From: Eledone cirrhosa
Taxonomy: Eukaryota
DNA length: 64,000 nt
Reading direction: 5' to 3'
Assembly: GCA_964016885.1 (NCBI GenBank)
Contig: OZ024741.1
Location: 276,644,001 to 276,708,000, forward strand
Shown piece by piece: positions 1 through 13,659 of the stretch. Made by a program: the position numbers and the translations under genes. The notes below the pieces were generated by a model that saw only the letters and a list, made by a program, of their open reading frames with translations, did not search any database and was not told the origin of the DNA. Numbering within the stretch: position 1 is the stretch's first letter; each line of letters opens with the position of its first letter.

Positions 1-112
1 AGAAAATGATTAAAACGAAATGTTTTATTTTGTGTGAAGTATTAAGGTATTAGTTGATTTATTTATTATTTAACAATGGCATTTATTTATCTATTTATAT
101 ATTTAATAATTG

Positions 113-156
113 TCTATTACCGGTTTCAGCATTTTTATGCATTATCAAATGATAGT
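113..156 (-). ncRNA. Degenerate minimal hammerhead motif in the PLE pLTR
   Basis: Minus strand TTGATAA-t-GCAT-aaaa-ATGC-t-GAAAC-cg-GTA; two core substitutions versus CTGATGA and a weak stem I. Confidence 0.4.
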
Positions 157-619
157 GATATGTATTAGTGTGGTATCGCACATGTTAAAGAGAAGGTGCA
201 GAAACAATAATGATATTTACAAACAAGGTTTATGAAGTGAAAAGAAAAAAGAAAAAAGAAAAAAGAAAAAAGAAAAAAGAAAAAAGAAAAAAGAAAAAAG
301 AAAAAAAACGGGCGAAATGTTGAGCATAAAAAGTCAATGTGAAAGAAAAAATAATGTTATTTACAGGCATAGATCTTGAAGTTAAGCAGATCAAAATGCA
401 TTAATATAGCAAGAGTGCTTAGTTGATCCATGATTCCATGATGGAGGCAAATGGTGGACTGAGGTTTGATATGATTTCCCTTTTTAGAGAGTTAATATGC
501 AGGGGGAAGCAATTCTTGCTGGATGATATTTAATTTATTTAAGAAAAAGGATTAGGTAGGGTGTGAGGGAGGTAACTCTTGTAAATGTGTGATTGTTTGT
601 TGCAGTTTTAGTTTGGTCC

Positions 620-2458
620 GATTTTTAATGCATTAAGTAGAGGTTGGAATTTGTTAATGAAATATGTTTCCTTATTGGTACGTTGGATGAAAGTAACGTT
701 GTCTATGAATTTGTAAATGGGGAAAATGTTAAAGTTTGTATGTTGGTGTGTGCACAATTGGCAATATGTTCACTAAATGCAATCTTTCTGTATTCTTGTA
801 TTTTAATTAGTGATTTATGGACGGTCATACGTTGACGGAGGCTGTTTTTTGTCTGTCCTATGTAGTGCTCTTGACAACCTGAGCAGGTCAAAACATAGAT
901 TAGGTTTTCAGATGCACATGTAAAGTTGTGTTTAACTGTGAAATGTTGTCCTTGTTTAAAATGGAGTGTTGAACCTTCTATTAGATTTATGCATATGCCG
1001 CAGTTGGGCCTTCCGCATGTTGTTACTGTAGGGTTCATTGTGAGGGTTTGTTGGATTTTGGCTTGTGTGAGGATGTTTTTTATGGACTTAGATTGTCTTT
1101 TGCTCTTTATGATGTGTGTTTGGAGGATTTTATTCATTCTTGGGTCTCTTTTTAGTAAAGGAATGTTCTGGAGGATGGTGTCGAATGCCTCATTGTTGAG
1201 GAGGTTGTGTGTGGAGATGTATGGTAGAGTTTTTTGTTGCGGTTCATTTCTGGGTTTGGGGTGTCTAGTTTTAGGGCACGTTGGAATCCATTGTTGATTA
1301 GGGATGGTGGGTAGTTTCTGCTGATAAGTGTGTCTTTTAATTCTTCTAGTCGTGTGTAGCATGTGTATTTATCTGAAACTATTTTGCAGATCCTTCTGGC
1401 TAGGTTATAAGGAATTGCCATTTTGGTGTGTCTAGAGTGGCACGAGTTGAATGGGGGGGGGGGGGGGCATTGTTTGGAGTCTGTGGGTTTGTAGTATATG
1501 TCTGTTTCTATTTTGTTGCTTGTTTTCTTGATGTGGATGTCGAGGAAAGGGAGTTGTTCATGGCTGTAATCCATTGTGAATTGTAAGTTTGTGTTGAGTC
1601 CATTCAGAAGGGTTTTAAACTCAATCAGTCTATCTATACTTTCATGCCAGAGGATGAAGCAGTCGTCCAGATATCTCTTCCAGTTCTTTTCTATGTGTTG
1701 GTAGAAGTGGTTGCCGTATTTGTCTAGAACTTTGCGGTAGAGAGTGGTTTCCAAACATCCCATGACAAGGTTGGAGTATGAGGGGGCCACTTTCGTGCCC
1801 ATGGCAGTCCCAGATTTCTGTCTGTAGTATTTGGCATTGAATTCGAAGAAATTGCTTTCCAAGAGCAATTTGAGTGCCTCCAACACAAATTCGTTAGGGA
1901 TGCGCTGTGGGAGTTCCCTAGGGAAATTTTCAGGCCAAAATTGTATTGCCTCTATACCTAGGTTGTGTGGGATATTGGAATATAAATTGATGACATCAAA
2001 GGTTACTAGTAGGGTATGTTCGTTATTGAGTGTTGTTGGGAGGTGGTTGAGCATGTCAAGGTCGTCCCTTATGAAGCTTTTTATATGTTTTAGGAAAGGT
2101 TTAAGCAGAATATCTAGGAAGTTGCTTAGGCGATGGATTTCACATGTGGTGCCTGCTATTATGGGTCTTAATTTAAGGTCATCAGGAGGGGCTATACTGA
2201 TGTAAACGTCTGTGGCTTGCTTGCAGGCCCTACCTATTACTTCGCTTTTGTGTGTCTTTGGGATACCGTAGAAGAGGCTGGTTCTGCTTTTGAAATTGGT
2301 GATGTAGCTGTATTCCTTGTCTGTAAGGCCTTCTTTGTAAAGGGTTGTTAGGGATTTTAGGTTTCTCATTATTTTCTGTTGTGTGTAGTGTCGGGCCTTT
2401 TCATAATATGTTTGGTTTTCTAGAGTTGAGAGTACTAGAGTTGTGTAATAATATGTCT
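620..2458 (-). pseudogene. PLE RT + GIY-YIG endonuclease ORF, frameshifted (ORF pieces 1152-2498 and 703-1362)
   Basis: Motifs as above. Frameshifts near 1250 and 710; in-frame poly-G expansion at ~1453-1467 (PPPPP). Confidence 0.85.
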
Positions 2459-2495
2459 CCATATATATATATATGTGTGTGTGTGTGTATGTGTG

Positions 2496-2584
<89 letters not shown>

Positions 2585-2591
2585 ATGTATG

Positions 2592-2642
<51 letters not shown>
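2459..2642. repeat. Compound microsatellite (TA)n(TG)n(TATG)n(TA)n
   Basis: Direct reading; one of dozens of similar tracts in the window. Confidence 0.98.
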
Positions 2643-2645
<3 letters not shown>

Positions 2646-2830
2646 AGGTCACCAGTTGGTGCTACTGGTAACATGTATCCCAGTACAACCTGTCTCATGG
2701 TCGGGTCGTTGGCGACTAAACTGGCAACCCCACCAAGGTTTCTTGGTGAGGAGGGTGACTGGACATCCTGCAGGACTAAAAACAAAACCTGTCAAAGGGC
2801 AAAGGAGCTCTTAAGAGTCAATGGCCATCC
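2642..2830 (-). repeat. Unclassified interspersed repeat terminus (probably a retroelement 3' end)
   Basis: The terminal CCAGTAGCACCAACTGGTGACCTGACAT (minus strand) recurs on the plus strand at ~49228-49255; both copies abut microsatellite. Confidence 0.45.
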
Positions 2831-3367
2831 AAAATCACCGGGAGAGATGACCCCTTAGCCTTTGTCAAGGCAGAATTCTAGGAGAAGGAAAACTCTGATA
2901 TAACACCTGCAACTCTGATGGTATACAATGATGTTGACTTGTTCTTCTTTTTGGTAAATATCATCTTGGTTAAGAGAGTGGAATTGGCTTTGTGCAGTGC
3001 CTTTGCTCACTATAAAAGCTTCACGACACAGGCATTGCTTTATATCTGGAGATCTCTCTGCACTTGTCGTCGCATGGTGCCATGGGCTCAGCACTATGTG
3101 TCAGTAATTGTCACAAGTATAGTGTTTGTACCAGAGTTTTCAAGTCGCTGGCTGGACTAAAAAGTCACACTCATTCAGCGCATCGGTAGGAGTTCTCCTA
3201 CATGGATATAAAGTAGTGGCCGTACTCGAAAACGCGTTGGCAGCCATCATATATATATACATTTGCTTGAACAGATGACTAACAGCTACCATTTGCATTC
3301 CTGCAGACTTTCTTAAGTTAATGAAACTATTGGCTGCAGATACAAATTATCATAAACATATATATAC

Positions 3368-3413
<46 letters not shown>

Positions 3414-3650
3414 GCGTGTGTGTGTGTGTGTGCGTGTGTGTGTGCGTGTGCGTGTGCGTGTGTGTGTGTGCGCGCGTGTGTGTATGCATGTATATATAAA
3501 GAATTGGATTATTAGAGGAAATGCTCACTTAACTCATCTATATCAAGATATGGAATAATCATCAACAATCATACGAGTCGAGATACACCAACGTGGTGAA
3601 ACATTGTGTAGGGTCAGGATAATTGAAGATAAAAGTACTACAGAGCATAA

Positions 3651-4156
<506 letters not shown>

Positions 4157-4179
4157 CATACATACATACATATATACAT

Positions 4180-4235
<56 letters not shown>

Positions 4236-4245
4236 GTGTGTGTGT

Positions 4246-4289
<44 letters not shown>

Positions 4290-4331
4290 ACTGTCGCTTG
4301 TGTGTGTGTATATATATATATATATAATGAC

Positions 4332-4430
4332 ATAATTGTTTCTACTTTAGGCACAAGGCCAGCAATTAACCAGTGCATTACTGGTACTTTATTTTATCGA
4401 CCCCGTAAGGATGAAAGGCAAAGTTAACCT
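4332..4430 (-). mobile_element. SINE fragment with Meta/MESC-like core
   Basis: Reverse complement of GCCTTTCATCCTTACGGGGTCGATAAAATAAAGTACCAG; matches four other copies in the window. Confidence 0.85.
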
Positions 4431-4649
4431 CTATATATAATGACATAATGTTGAAAATACCTGTTTCAGAATACGTAATGATAATAAACATAGACTGAAT
4501 GTGTAGAATCGCATAGATATCACAAGATTTTAAACAGGAAAACTGTCAGACTATCATACTCAACTGCAACGAACTTAGAATGTTACATAGCAGGACTAAA
4601 TAATAAGCACCTCTGAAAACACAACAGTAATCGAACCTAAATTCGAAGT

Positions 4650-5590
4650 AATAACCCATCTTCGTGTTAATTTTTATCTCAGCCCACTGTACCATACCAA
4701 ACCAACAATAGCAAGTGGGCATTCCTATCACAGCCCTTCAATGCACCTACCCTAAATGACAGAACAAAAACGGATTTTAATTGACAAGCTCTATTACATT
4801 GTAACTGTAGAAAACCCGATAGTTGCGCCTTATCAGTTAATGCATGAGTAACAACATTGCGTACCAGTGCAAAGTTACAACAAGCCATGGGATATTTAGA
4901 TATGTGGGGTCTATATCCAACTTTTTAAAGAAAAGATGGTATGTAATACCCTTTCGTTTAAAAATTCAGAGCTTCTAAAATCTACCGCTTTGGCTAGAAA
5001 AATATGGGAATTTTGAAAAATGTAAAACATAGAATATAATCTGTCGTGGTCCGTTCTATGATTCGCCGACCCATACCAACGTGAAAGAAATGAATGTGAT
5101 TTTTGTGCGATGAAAGTACTAGAAATCTTGGCAGGAAAGAAATGACTGAATTCTAGACAAGATAGGATATTCAACTGTAAGCACAACTACCTTAAAGCAT
5201 TTTCTAATTATAACTCTAGTTAACCCATGATTAGAACCTATTACCCTACCTCCATTTTTGATCTAAATTTCTCTATTTCTGTTTCTTTCAAATAGTCTGC
5301 TTTTATCACATAAGCAAGTGACGCTAATTCCTCTATTATAGCTACATCCTTATCTGTAACTGTCATGCTGGTACTATTAAAATTAAAGAAATTTGCAGTC
5401 TTTTAATTTTTTACCACAGTAGCTACTCCCATCACTTATACGATCTCCTTTGATCTATAAATTAACTATCTCTCAACCAATAACATATATAATGTATGTA
5501 GTACCAAAAATTGCTGGAAGCCCATAGGTCAACTTATCAATTCTTCCTCTTATTCGATACTAGTATCACTTGAAATTCTAAATATTGTAT
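4650..5590 (-). pseudogene. Possible highly decayed L1/Tx1-type ORF2 remnant
   Basis: Broken minus-strand frames give RGRID (APE-like), IEELASL...EKFRSK (linker-like) and CCN...VTHAL (C-terminal Cys/His-like); many stops. Confidence 0.25.
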
Positions 5591-5757
5591 TTATTCTCTG
5601 AAGATTGGTTGAGTAACAATGTATTGCAAGGGAGTGATTGGAAAAATGAATACCCTTAAACAGCTCTCGTAGACCCTGTGACGTAACATGATGATGAAAC
5701 ACATGCTAGAATGTATAATTAAATAAGTTTTTCTAATCACGCCTTGTCTGTTTTTCC

Positions 5758-5863
<106 letters not shown>

Positions 5864-5869
5864 ATATGT

Positions 5870-6650
5870 ATTTGAAATTCCTTACAATGCTAATAACGTT
5901 ACAAAATCTGTGTTTCGATATCAACATTTCGAATTTTAAAACATCAATAAATCTTTATATATATATATAATTCCGTAAGTACAATAACAATTTTCAATCT
6001 AAACTTTCTAATGACATTTCTAATATCAAACGCTCTAATAATACATTTGTTTTCTCTGATAAAACTAAAAACCTTTACGAAGTTAATAATATTTTATATA
6101 ACCAACTTTTAACAGATAGCATCACTGCTAAATATCAAAAAGCTAATATTAATACTTATAATATCATAAATAATGAAGCTAAAGCTTTAGCTAGTACATT
6201 AAAAGTTGATAACCGAACTGAAAGCCTAGCCAAATGTAAAGGATATGTTACACTTAAAGACCATAAATCAGACTTTATTAATCGACCTAGTTGTAGACTA
6301 ATCAACCCTGCTAAATCTGAAATCGATCTTGCTAGTAAAAAAAACCCCTAAGAAATATAATATTTCAAATAAGAACTACGACTGAATTATTCCAATGGTT
6401 AAATAATTCCTCTGTTATATCATGGTTTAATAATATACAAGAGAAAATTAAGTGTAGATTTGTGCAATTGGATATTGTAGATTTCTACCCCTCTATTACT
6501 CAATCCTTATTAATTAAAGCCTTATATTTTGCTAGATTTTTCGCTAAAAAAGATACTTGGGTTAAAAAAATCAAGCCCAGAAAACTCTTTTGATGTCTCG
6601 ATGGGCTCTTTCAATAGCTCCGATGTGTGCGATTTAGTTGGATTATTCCT
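5870..6650 (+). mobile_element. Decayed Penelope-like RT fragment (Naiad-like)
   Basis: DKTKNLY, GYVTLKDHKSDFINRPSCRLINPAKSEI, FVQLDIVDFYPSIT, FDVSMG...VCDLVGL; homologous to the 8.3-10.6 kb element. Confidence 0.75.
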
Positions 6651-6979
6651 CCTCCACTCTCTCTCTCGCTATATATATATATATATATATATATGCAAAA
6701 GGTAAACGGAAACAACAAAGCAAACAAAACAGTACAATGAAAATATATTTTAATTACGGACACAAGTCCTTCACCAGAAGATGAAATAGAAAGATAGAGT
6801 GAGAAGAGGAAGGAAAAGAAAACATTTTTGGGGAGAAAAAGCACGCGTGTATTTAGTCAGTCATTTCGGTGAAAAGATATACATATATGTATGTATATTA
6901 TGTATATTTACATACATATGTGTGTGTATGTGTATATATGGATGTTTCTATGATCATATATACCCGTGCTTGTACTTAT

Positions 6980-7300
6980 TTACGGGACGCCACTGTGTAG
7001 TGCCAAAGGTCTCATCAGTTGCATCAACAATAATGATCACATACTGCAATAGCCTGGGGTTTAAAGGACCCCAGCTTTTCAATTAGTAATAAAAAATCTG
7101 AGAGATCTATATGGTGTGCATATAAATGTTTTCAAGAGACATCTCGACATTCTACTGGCCAAGATGAACCCACAACATGAGGCGAAGCGCAAACTCCCTC
7201 CCTATTGCATCAATAGCCAACCAGGGAAGGCTGGCTATATAAAGTGTAGCATTAGTGGTGGTGCCCCAGCATGGCCTCAGCCTCACGGATGGACGCATAA
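6980..7300 (+). mobile_element. CR1-group (Zenon-like) LINE 3' end
   Basis: TGRHCVVPKV...YCNSLGFKGPQLFN...VFKRHLD C-terminal signature plus 3'UTR ending at (TA)n. Confidence 0.7.
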
Positions 7301-7302
7301 CA

Positions 7303-7410
<108 letters not shown>

Positions 7411-7604
7411 GTAGAACACTGGAAGGTAATATCCGTAGTCGTAGAGCACTCAGTCCATGGGACGAGTTAAGTAGAAGTTATAACACAACAGTTAGTTCAC
7501 CATACTGAGAACAATTGTTTCACCTTAGCGGATCCTCAGCTCGGGCTGAGGATCCACTAAGGTGTTCTCGGTATGGTGAACTAACTGTTGTGTTACCACT
7601 TCTA
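7411..7604. mobile_element. Short PLE-derived palindromic insertion with hammerhead
   Basis: Inverted repeat 7472-7604; AGCACTC at 7445-7451; flanked by (GA)n and (TA)n. Confidence 0.75.
7505..7544 (-). ncRNA. Minimal type I hammerhead ribozyme
   Basis: ccgag-CTGAGGA-tccgctaaggt-GAAAC-aatt-GTT-ctcag; palindromic stem III (AACAATTGTT). The plus-strand arm has the ctcgg stem but lacks aaacaattg. Confidence 0.6.
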
Positions 7605-7611
7605 TATATAT

Positions 7612-8282
<671 letters not shown>

Positions 8283-8319
8283 ATGTGTGTGTGTGTGTAA
8301 TAGATTATTAATAAATAGA

Positions 8320-10660
8320 TTATTAATAAATGATGGAATTCTTTAGGGTTTCTACATCTCTCAAAGATATACCTTTACCATCTAATGAAGAATACACGAG
8401 AAAACTTATTGAACAAACCAACTCCTTCATAAGAAGAGTGCGGTGGCGTGCTTTTCATTTTGAAAAGAAAAATGAAACAAATAGGAAAAACACCAACCAT
8501 AATTTCGAGAATATTTTTAAATCTAGGAAAAATCCTCCGTACAACAAACTCTTTGAAAATTTTGAAAACGAAATTTTTTATATATTAAGGAATATAAAAT
8601 TAAAAAAAAAACGCATATAGAGGCCAAGAATACCCTAGAGGTCTAAAGGAAAACATCAATGACATAAAACAAAGTAAATAAAATATTAGTGAAATTAGAC
8701 AAAACCAACAACCTATATGGGATAGAAAAAACAAAATATAATGACTTAATTTTAAAAGAATTGAGAAAAAATTACAGAAAAGCCCCGAGTGACGATCTAT
8801 TGGATATCAATAATGATGCTTTTGAAATTATCACCAATCTCGGAATAGAGCGGGAGACCGAACCTTTCATACCAAGGCAACCGCGGATAAATTTTAAAGA
8901 CCATAAAAGAAATTTCGAAGAGGACTTACCTCTTAGACTTATTGCACCTTTGAAATCCGACTTTGGAATAATTAGCAAAATCATAATAGATAGGATTTTG
9001 CCAACGTTAAAATTGAGGTCAAGGCATAACTTATGGAAGGGCACTAGTGAAGTCATAGATTGGTTCAATAATATCGAAAATAAGAAAAATCATAAATTCA
9101 TTCAAATGTACATAGCGAGTTATTACTCCTCAATAACTCCTAACCTTTTAAATAAGGCGCTTTCATATGCATATAACACACGGATCTATCTAGTGACGAG
9201 ATTAATATTATTTTAATGGCAAGGCGAACCTTGTAGGCAGAAGAATTTCGACATTACTATGGGCTCGTCTGATTCTGCGCAAGTTACCGATCTTGTGGGA
9301 ATTTTCATCCTTAATATGATAAATAGAAAACTGCCGGAGATTACCGGTGGTTTATATAGAGACGAAATATTATTTACTGTAGTTAGACATAATAATAGCG
9401 AATTAAATAGAGTAAAGAAAGTAATTATAGAATTCTTTAAAAATTATGACCTGAAATTAAAAGTAGAAAATAGCAATAAAATAGTTAATTTTTTAGATGT
9501 AACCCTTAATTTAAACTCAGGCTTGTATTACCCCTTCCATAAACTCAATGAAAACTTAAATTATGTTAGCTTTTACTCTAATACTCCTAAAAGTGTTAAA
9601 AATGCAATAGTCAATCGTGTCCAATAACGAATATCCAGACTATCTGCTAATAGATCCATTTTTAATAGTAAGGCTGGATATTATAATGAAGCGTTACATA
9701 AAACAGGATATAAAAATAATATTGAATATGTAGAAAAAAATAATATTAATTATAAACACAGTATTCATAATAATCAAAATAAAACTGACTGTAAAAACAA
9801 CAACTTGAGGAATAAATCGGGGAAAAAATTAGGACTAGATCTATAATTTGGTATGCTCCGCCAGCATCTTTAGCTATTAAAACACCTTTAGCACATTTTT
9901 TTTTAAAGCCTTGGATAAATGTTTCCCTAGATCACATAAGTATTACTCTATCAAGTTAAACTCTCTTATTCAACAACTATGAATATTGCTAAAAATATTG
10001 CAAAAATTAATAGTAAAATTCTTAATTTGAACCAGCATATAATTAGCGATCATAACAATAATAATAATAATAATAATAATACATTAGTTAATGTGAATAA
10101 CAACAATAGTTTAAATACGAATAATAGTAGAACACCTAGAAATAATAATGATAGTACGAATAGTTTAGGTTATAGAAATAACATTGAATTGACTTGTAAC
10201 TGTAGAAGGAAATCTGAATGCCCTTTACAAAATAATTGCCTTGACAAGAATCTAGTATATAAATGTACCATTAAGACAAATAATAATAATACTTTGGTGC
10301 CACTTCATCGAACTTTAAGTTTCGCTTTTCCAATCATAAACATTCGTTTTCTAATCCAGATAAATAATTTTCTACATCATTATCACAATTAATATGGTCT
10401 TTAAAAGAGAAAAATATTAAATACTCAATTTCTTGGAGTAAACTAAAGAATTCTGATTCCTACCGGAACGCTTCCATTTCACCAAATTGCAATCTTTACA
10501 ATTTAGAGACTCTATTAATAATTACAAATTATGGTAATTTAATTAATAAGAAAAAAAGAATTATTCGGAAGCTGTCTACATAAGTTTGGAAGAACCTTTC
10601 AAACATTATACAAATTTCGAAAAAAATATTGCCTATGAAGAAAAAAAATTGACTATTAAT
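8320..10660 (+). mobile_element. Penelope-like element (Naiad-like clade), disrupted RT + GIY-YIG
   Basis: SLKDIP, RRVRWRA, DKTNNLY, FKDHKRNF..LRLIAPLKS, MGSSDSAQVTDLVG, GLYRDE (YRDD mutated), NFLDVTL, CNCRRKSECPLQNNCL..NLVYKC; multiple stops and frameshifts. Confidence 0.85.
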
Positions 10661-10692
10661 AATTCTTGAAATATTATTATTATTATTATTAT

Positions 10693-13640
10693 TACACGGA
10701 CCACAAATTCCTGATCTGTGTGGTTGACTTAGATAGGCTTCATAGACAAGGACCCGGCTACTGGAAGCTAAACGCGTCATTACCAGCGCGCAAGGCTTAC
10801 AGAGACCGGATTAGCGAACTAGTTAAGCGAGCATTGACGGGGACCATCGTCAACAACAAGTGGTGGTTTGCTCTAAAAAGAGCGATTAAAACAGAGTCCA
10901 TTAGGTTTAGTAAGGCTTTAGCAATAGAGAAAAATAGAGCAGAGGGAGAACTAGTTAGAAAATTAGACGAGGCGCTTAGCAAAGGCATCGCGACCGACGT
11001 ACTTGCGGTGAAATTGGCCCTTGACCAATTCTTCAATGCAAAGCACGAAGGCTGCGTTGTCAGAGCTAGGGTGCGTGCTCTCAGACACGAGGGGACGAAA
11101 GCCGTTCAATGGGCCCGAGTGGCAGAGGCGCGTCGTGGCAACAAAGCCACGATCCAGTCTTTGGTGGACCACGACGGGCGCATGCTACTCGATCCCGGGC
11201 AAATGTGTGAAGCTTTTCAGCGACACTTCGCTCAGCTGTTCGGGGGCAGCGGCGGGCCGGATCGAGGGATGGACTTAAGTGACTACCTCGATGGACTGCC
11301 GCGGCTCTCGACCAGCGAGGCGGAGTGTTGCGAAAAGCCGATAACAGCAGCTGAAGTATGGGAGGCAATGACTGGCTGCACAAGGGGTAAATCGCCTGGT
11401 TTGGATGGTCTGCCCTATGAACTTTACGTACAGATGCCAGACTTGTTCGGAGGCCTCTTGGCGGACGTCTACTGCAACTGGCAACAGAACGGGAGAATTC
11501 CCAGCTCTGTGAGCCGAGGAGCGGTGGCGCTGCTGAGAAAGGATCCGAACAAGGGGGATAACATAGATAATTTCAGGCCCATAACTCTTCTAAACACAGA
11601 GTTCAAGATTTTGGCCAAGGTGCTAGCAAAGAGGTTGGCGCTTGTCGTTGGTGGTCTGGTAGGAGAGGCGCAGACATGCGCCATTCCCGACAGATCCATC
11701 CACGACAACCTCCACCTCATGCGATACATCGTGGAGAGGGTAGCTAGGGAACCTGGCACAGGTGGGTCCTTGATCAATTTAGATCAGTCGAAAGCTTTCG
11801 GTAGGGTCGACCATAGTTATCTGGCAGCAGTCCTAAGAGCAGCTGGCTTTGGGCCCGTCTTCAGAGGCTGGATCGCTGCCATGCACAGCGACATCTGCTC
11901 TGTGGTGAGAGTGAACGGTCACCTTTCGGAACCGTTCAACATCATGCGCTCGGTCCGCCAATCCGCCAAGGATGTCCCCTCTCGTCCCTCTTGTACGTAT
12001 TGACTCTCGAGCCATTACTGCACAAACTGGAGACGTTGAGGGGGGTCCCGTGCGAACTAGGATGCGGAAGATCCGTGTCAGCATATGCGGACGATGTCAC
12101 CGTAGTAGTGTCGAACGCCAAACACATCGAGGCGATCGGCACTACACTAAGAGAATACGAAGCGGTGACAGGAGCAATGATCAACCAGGAAAAGTCGGTG
12201 GGCCTGCAGTTAAATTGTTAGGGGTCTGGTTCGGTCCGGACCTCCAGACGGACAAAAACTGGGACGAAGTGACGAGCAGGGTGGCTTCTCTCACCCAGAA
12301 ATAGGCAGAGAGGAAGCTATCCCTGAAAAGTCGAGCGGAGGTTGCTAACGCGTACATCGCGTCCGTCATCTGCTACCGCCTGACCGTAGTGCCTTGTCCT
12401 AAACCTGGCCTGACTCCGCTGGAGCGTTTGCTTATTGTGGAAGGGACGCGCTCCGATGGTCAGGCGGTCCATTTGCTGTCAACACCCGCTACGTGTAGGG
12501 CTGGGCATGCCGTGGCTAATGATGCGCAGACACGCGCTCAGGCTACGACATCTCCACCTCTTCCTCGACGGTGATCAGGTGTGGTCGCCGTTTGCTAGAC
12601 GCGTCTTTCCCAAGCTCATCTCCTTGACGGAGCTGAAGTCCTATGTCAAGCGAAGACCTTGTGGGAGCGCCTGGAGACTGGAATGTCTTCAGGCGCTCAC
12701 AGCCCTCGGCCAATCGGGCAATGTGATCGGTGGAAACTCCACCTTGGCGTTCTATAGAGGATTAGTGGAGGGAAGAGCGACGACGTACTTGGGGAAACTT
12801 TAGGTGTCGACGAAAATCAACTAGCCAATCTCTTTGGAAGAACTTTCGGGCCGGGGCCTATGGACAACTTCCAGAAATCCCTGGCCTGGCAGTGCTACCG
12901 AGGTGCTTTGCCAGTTCGGGATAAACTCTACAGGCATGGAGGTGCCGTCAGCCGGACATGTCCGAGATGCGCGCAGGGCGACGAAACCGTCCTGCATGCA
13001 CTCGTCCAGTGTCCGAGCATTGCTGATTTGTGGTTTTATGTCGAACATCTGCTGTCGCGTGTAGAAGGGATCCGACTATCAGCTGAGTCCATCTTGAGGA
13101 TTGCCCCACCCTCTTCCTTTAGCCGGGAAGGGCAGGCAGTTTTTATTTGTCTGGTGGCCATGGCGAAAGAGATAATATGGTGGACGCGTCTGAAAGGGCT
13201 GAAGACGAGTACTTACCTCTTCGGTGATGCCATGATTAACTTTTTCCTATTTCATTTGAAAAAGAAAATCAGGATAGAGAGGGAGGTGCTCTCTTTCCAG
13301 CTTTTTGTTGAAAGATGGGTGAGAGAAGCAAGAATGGCCCGAGTGAGTGGACCTTCTCTGAATATATGCCTGTAAATTTAAGGTGGAAAACTGGGAAAAG
13401 ACAATTGCCCTGGTGGTCAGGGCCACCGTGGCTTTTTTTAATGGGCTTTCTCCACGATGGCCCTCGGAGGTCTCCCCCCTATTGGAGAATTTGTCATTTT
13501 TCATTGTTCTATTATTACATCCTCTGTTTTTTTTTTGTTTTTTTTTTACACGCAGAAATGCCCATTTGTACCGTCCTGTTTTGTCCTGTACTGTCCTTAA
13601 TGTCTACTTTGTGTAAACCCTTGTGGTTAATAAAGAAAGC
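10693..13640 (+). mobile_element. L1/Tx1-clade LINE copy A, 5'-truncated, flanked by (TTA)n
   Basis: Starts at the APE C-terminal YTDH; KSPGLDG, NFRPITLLN, LDQSKAF, AYADD, C-terminal CPRC..ETVLHALVQC; ends AATAAAGAAAGC then (ATT)n; frameshifts and a ~58-bp deletion near 12210. Confidence 0.92.
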
Positions 13641-13659
13641 ATTATTATTATTGTTATTA

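Larger units (their letters stand above)
1..2458 (-). mobile_element. Penelope-like retroelement (Neptune-like clade), 5'-truncated; 3' pLTR runs to or beyond the window start
   Basis: Minus-strand RT (FYGIPKTHK, LRPII, FDVINLYSNI, GTAMGTKVAPSYSNL, RYLDD, LPFLD) followed by a Cys-rich linker (CGRPNCGIC...C) and GIY-YIG nuclease (LIYVLTCSGCQEHYIGQT...LRQRM..H). The 5' end abuts (TA)n/(TG)n. Confidence 0.9.

Noticed and set aside
1453-1467. Poly-G run as a functional G-quadruplex or poly-Pro insert
   Set aside because: Homopolymer expansion or sequencing artefact inside a dead RT.
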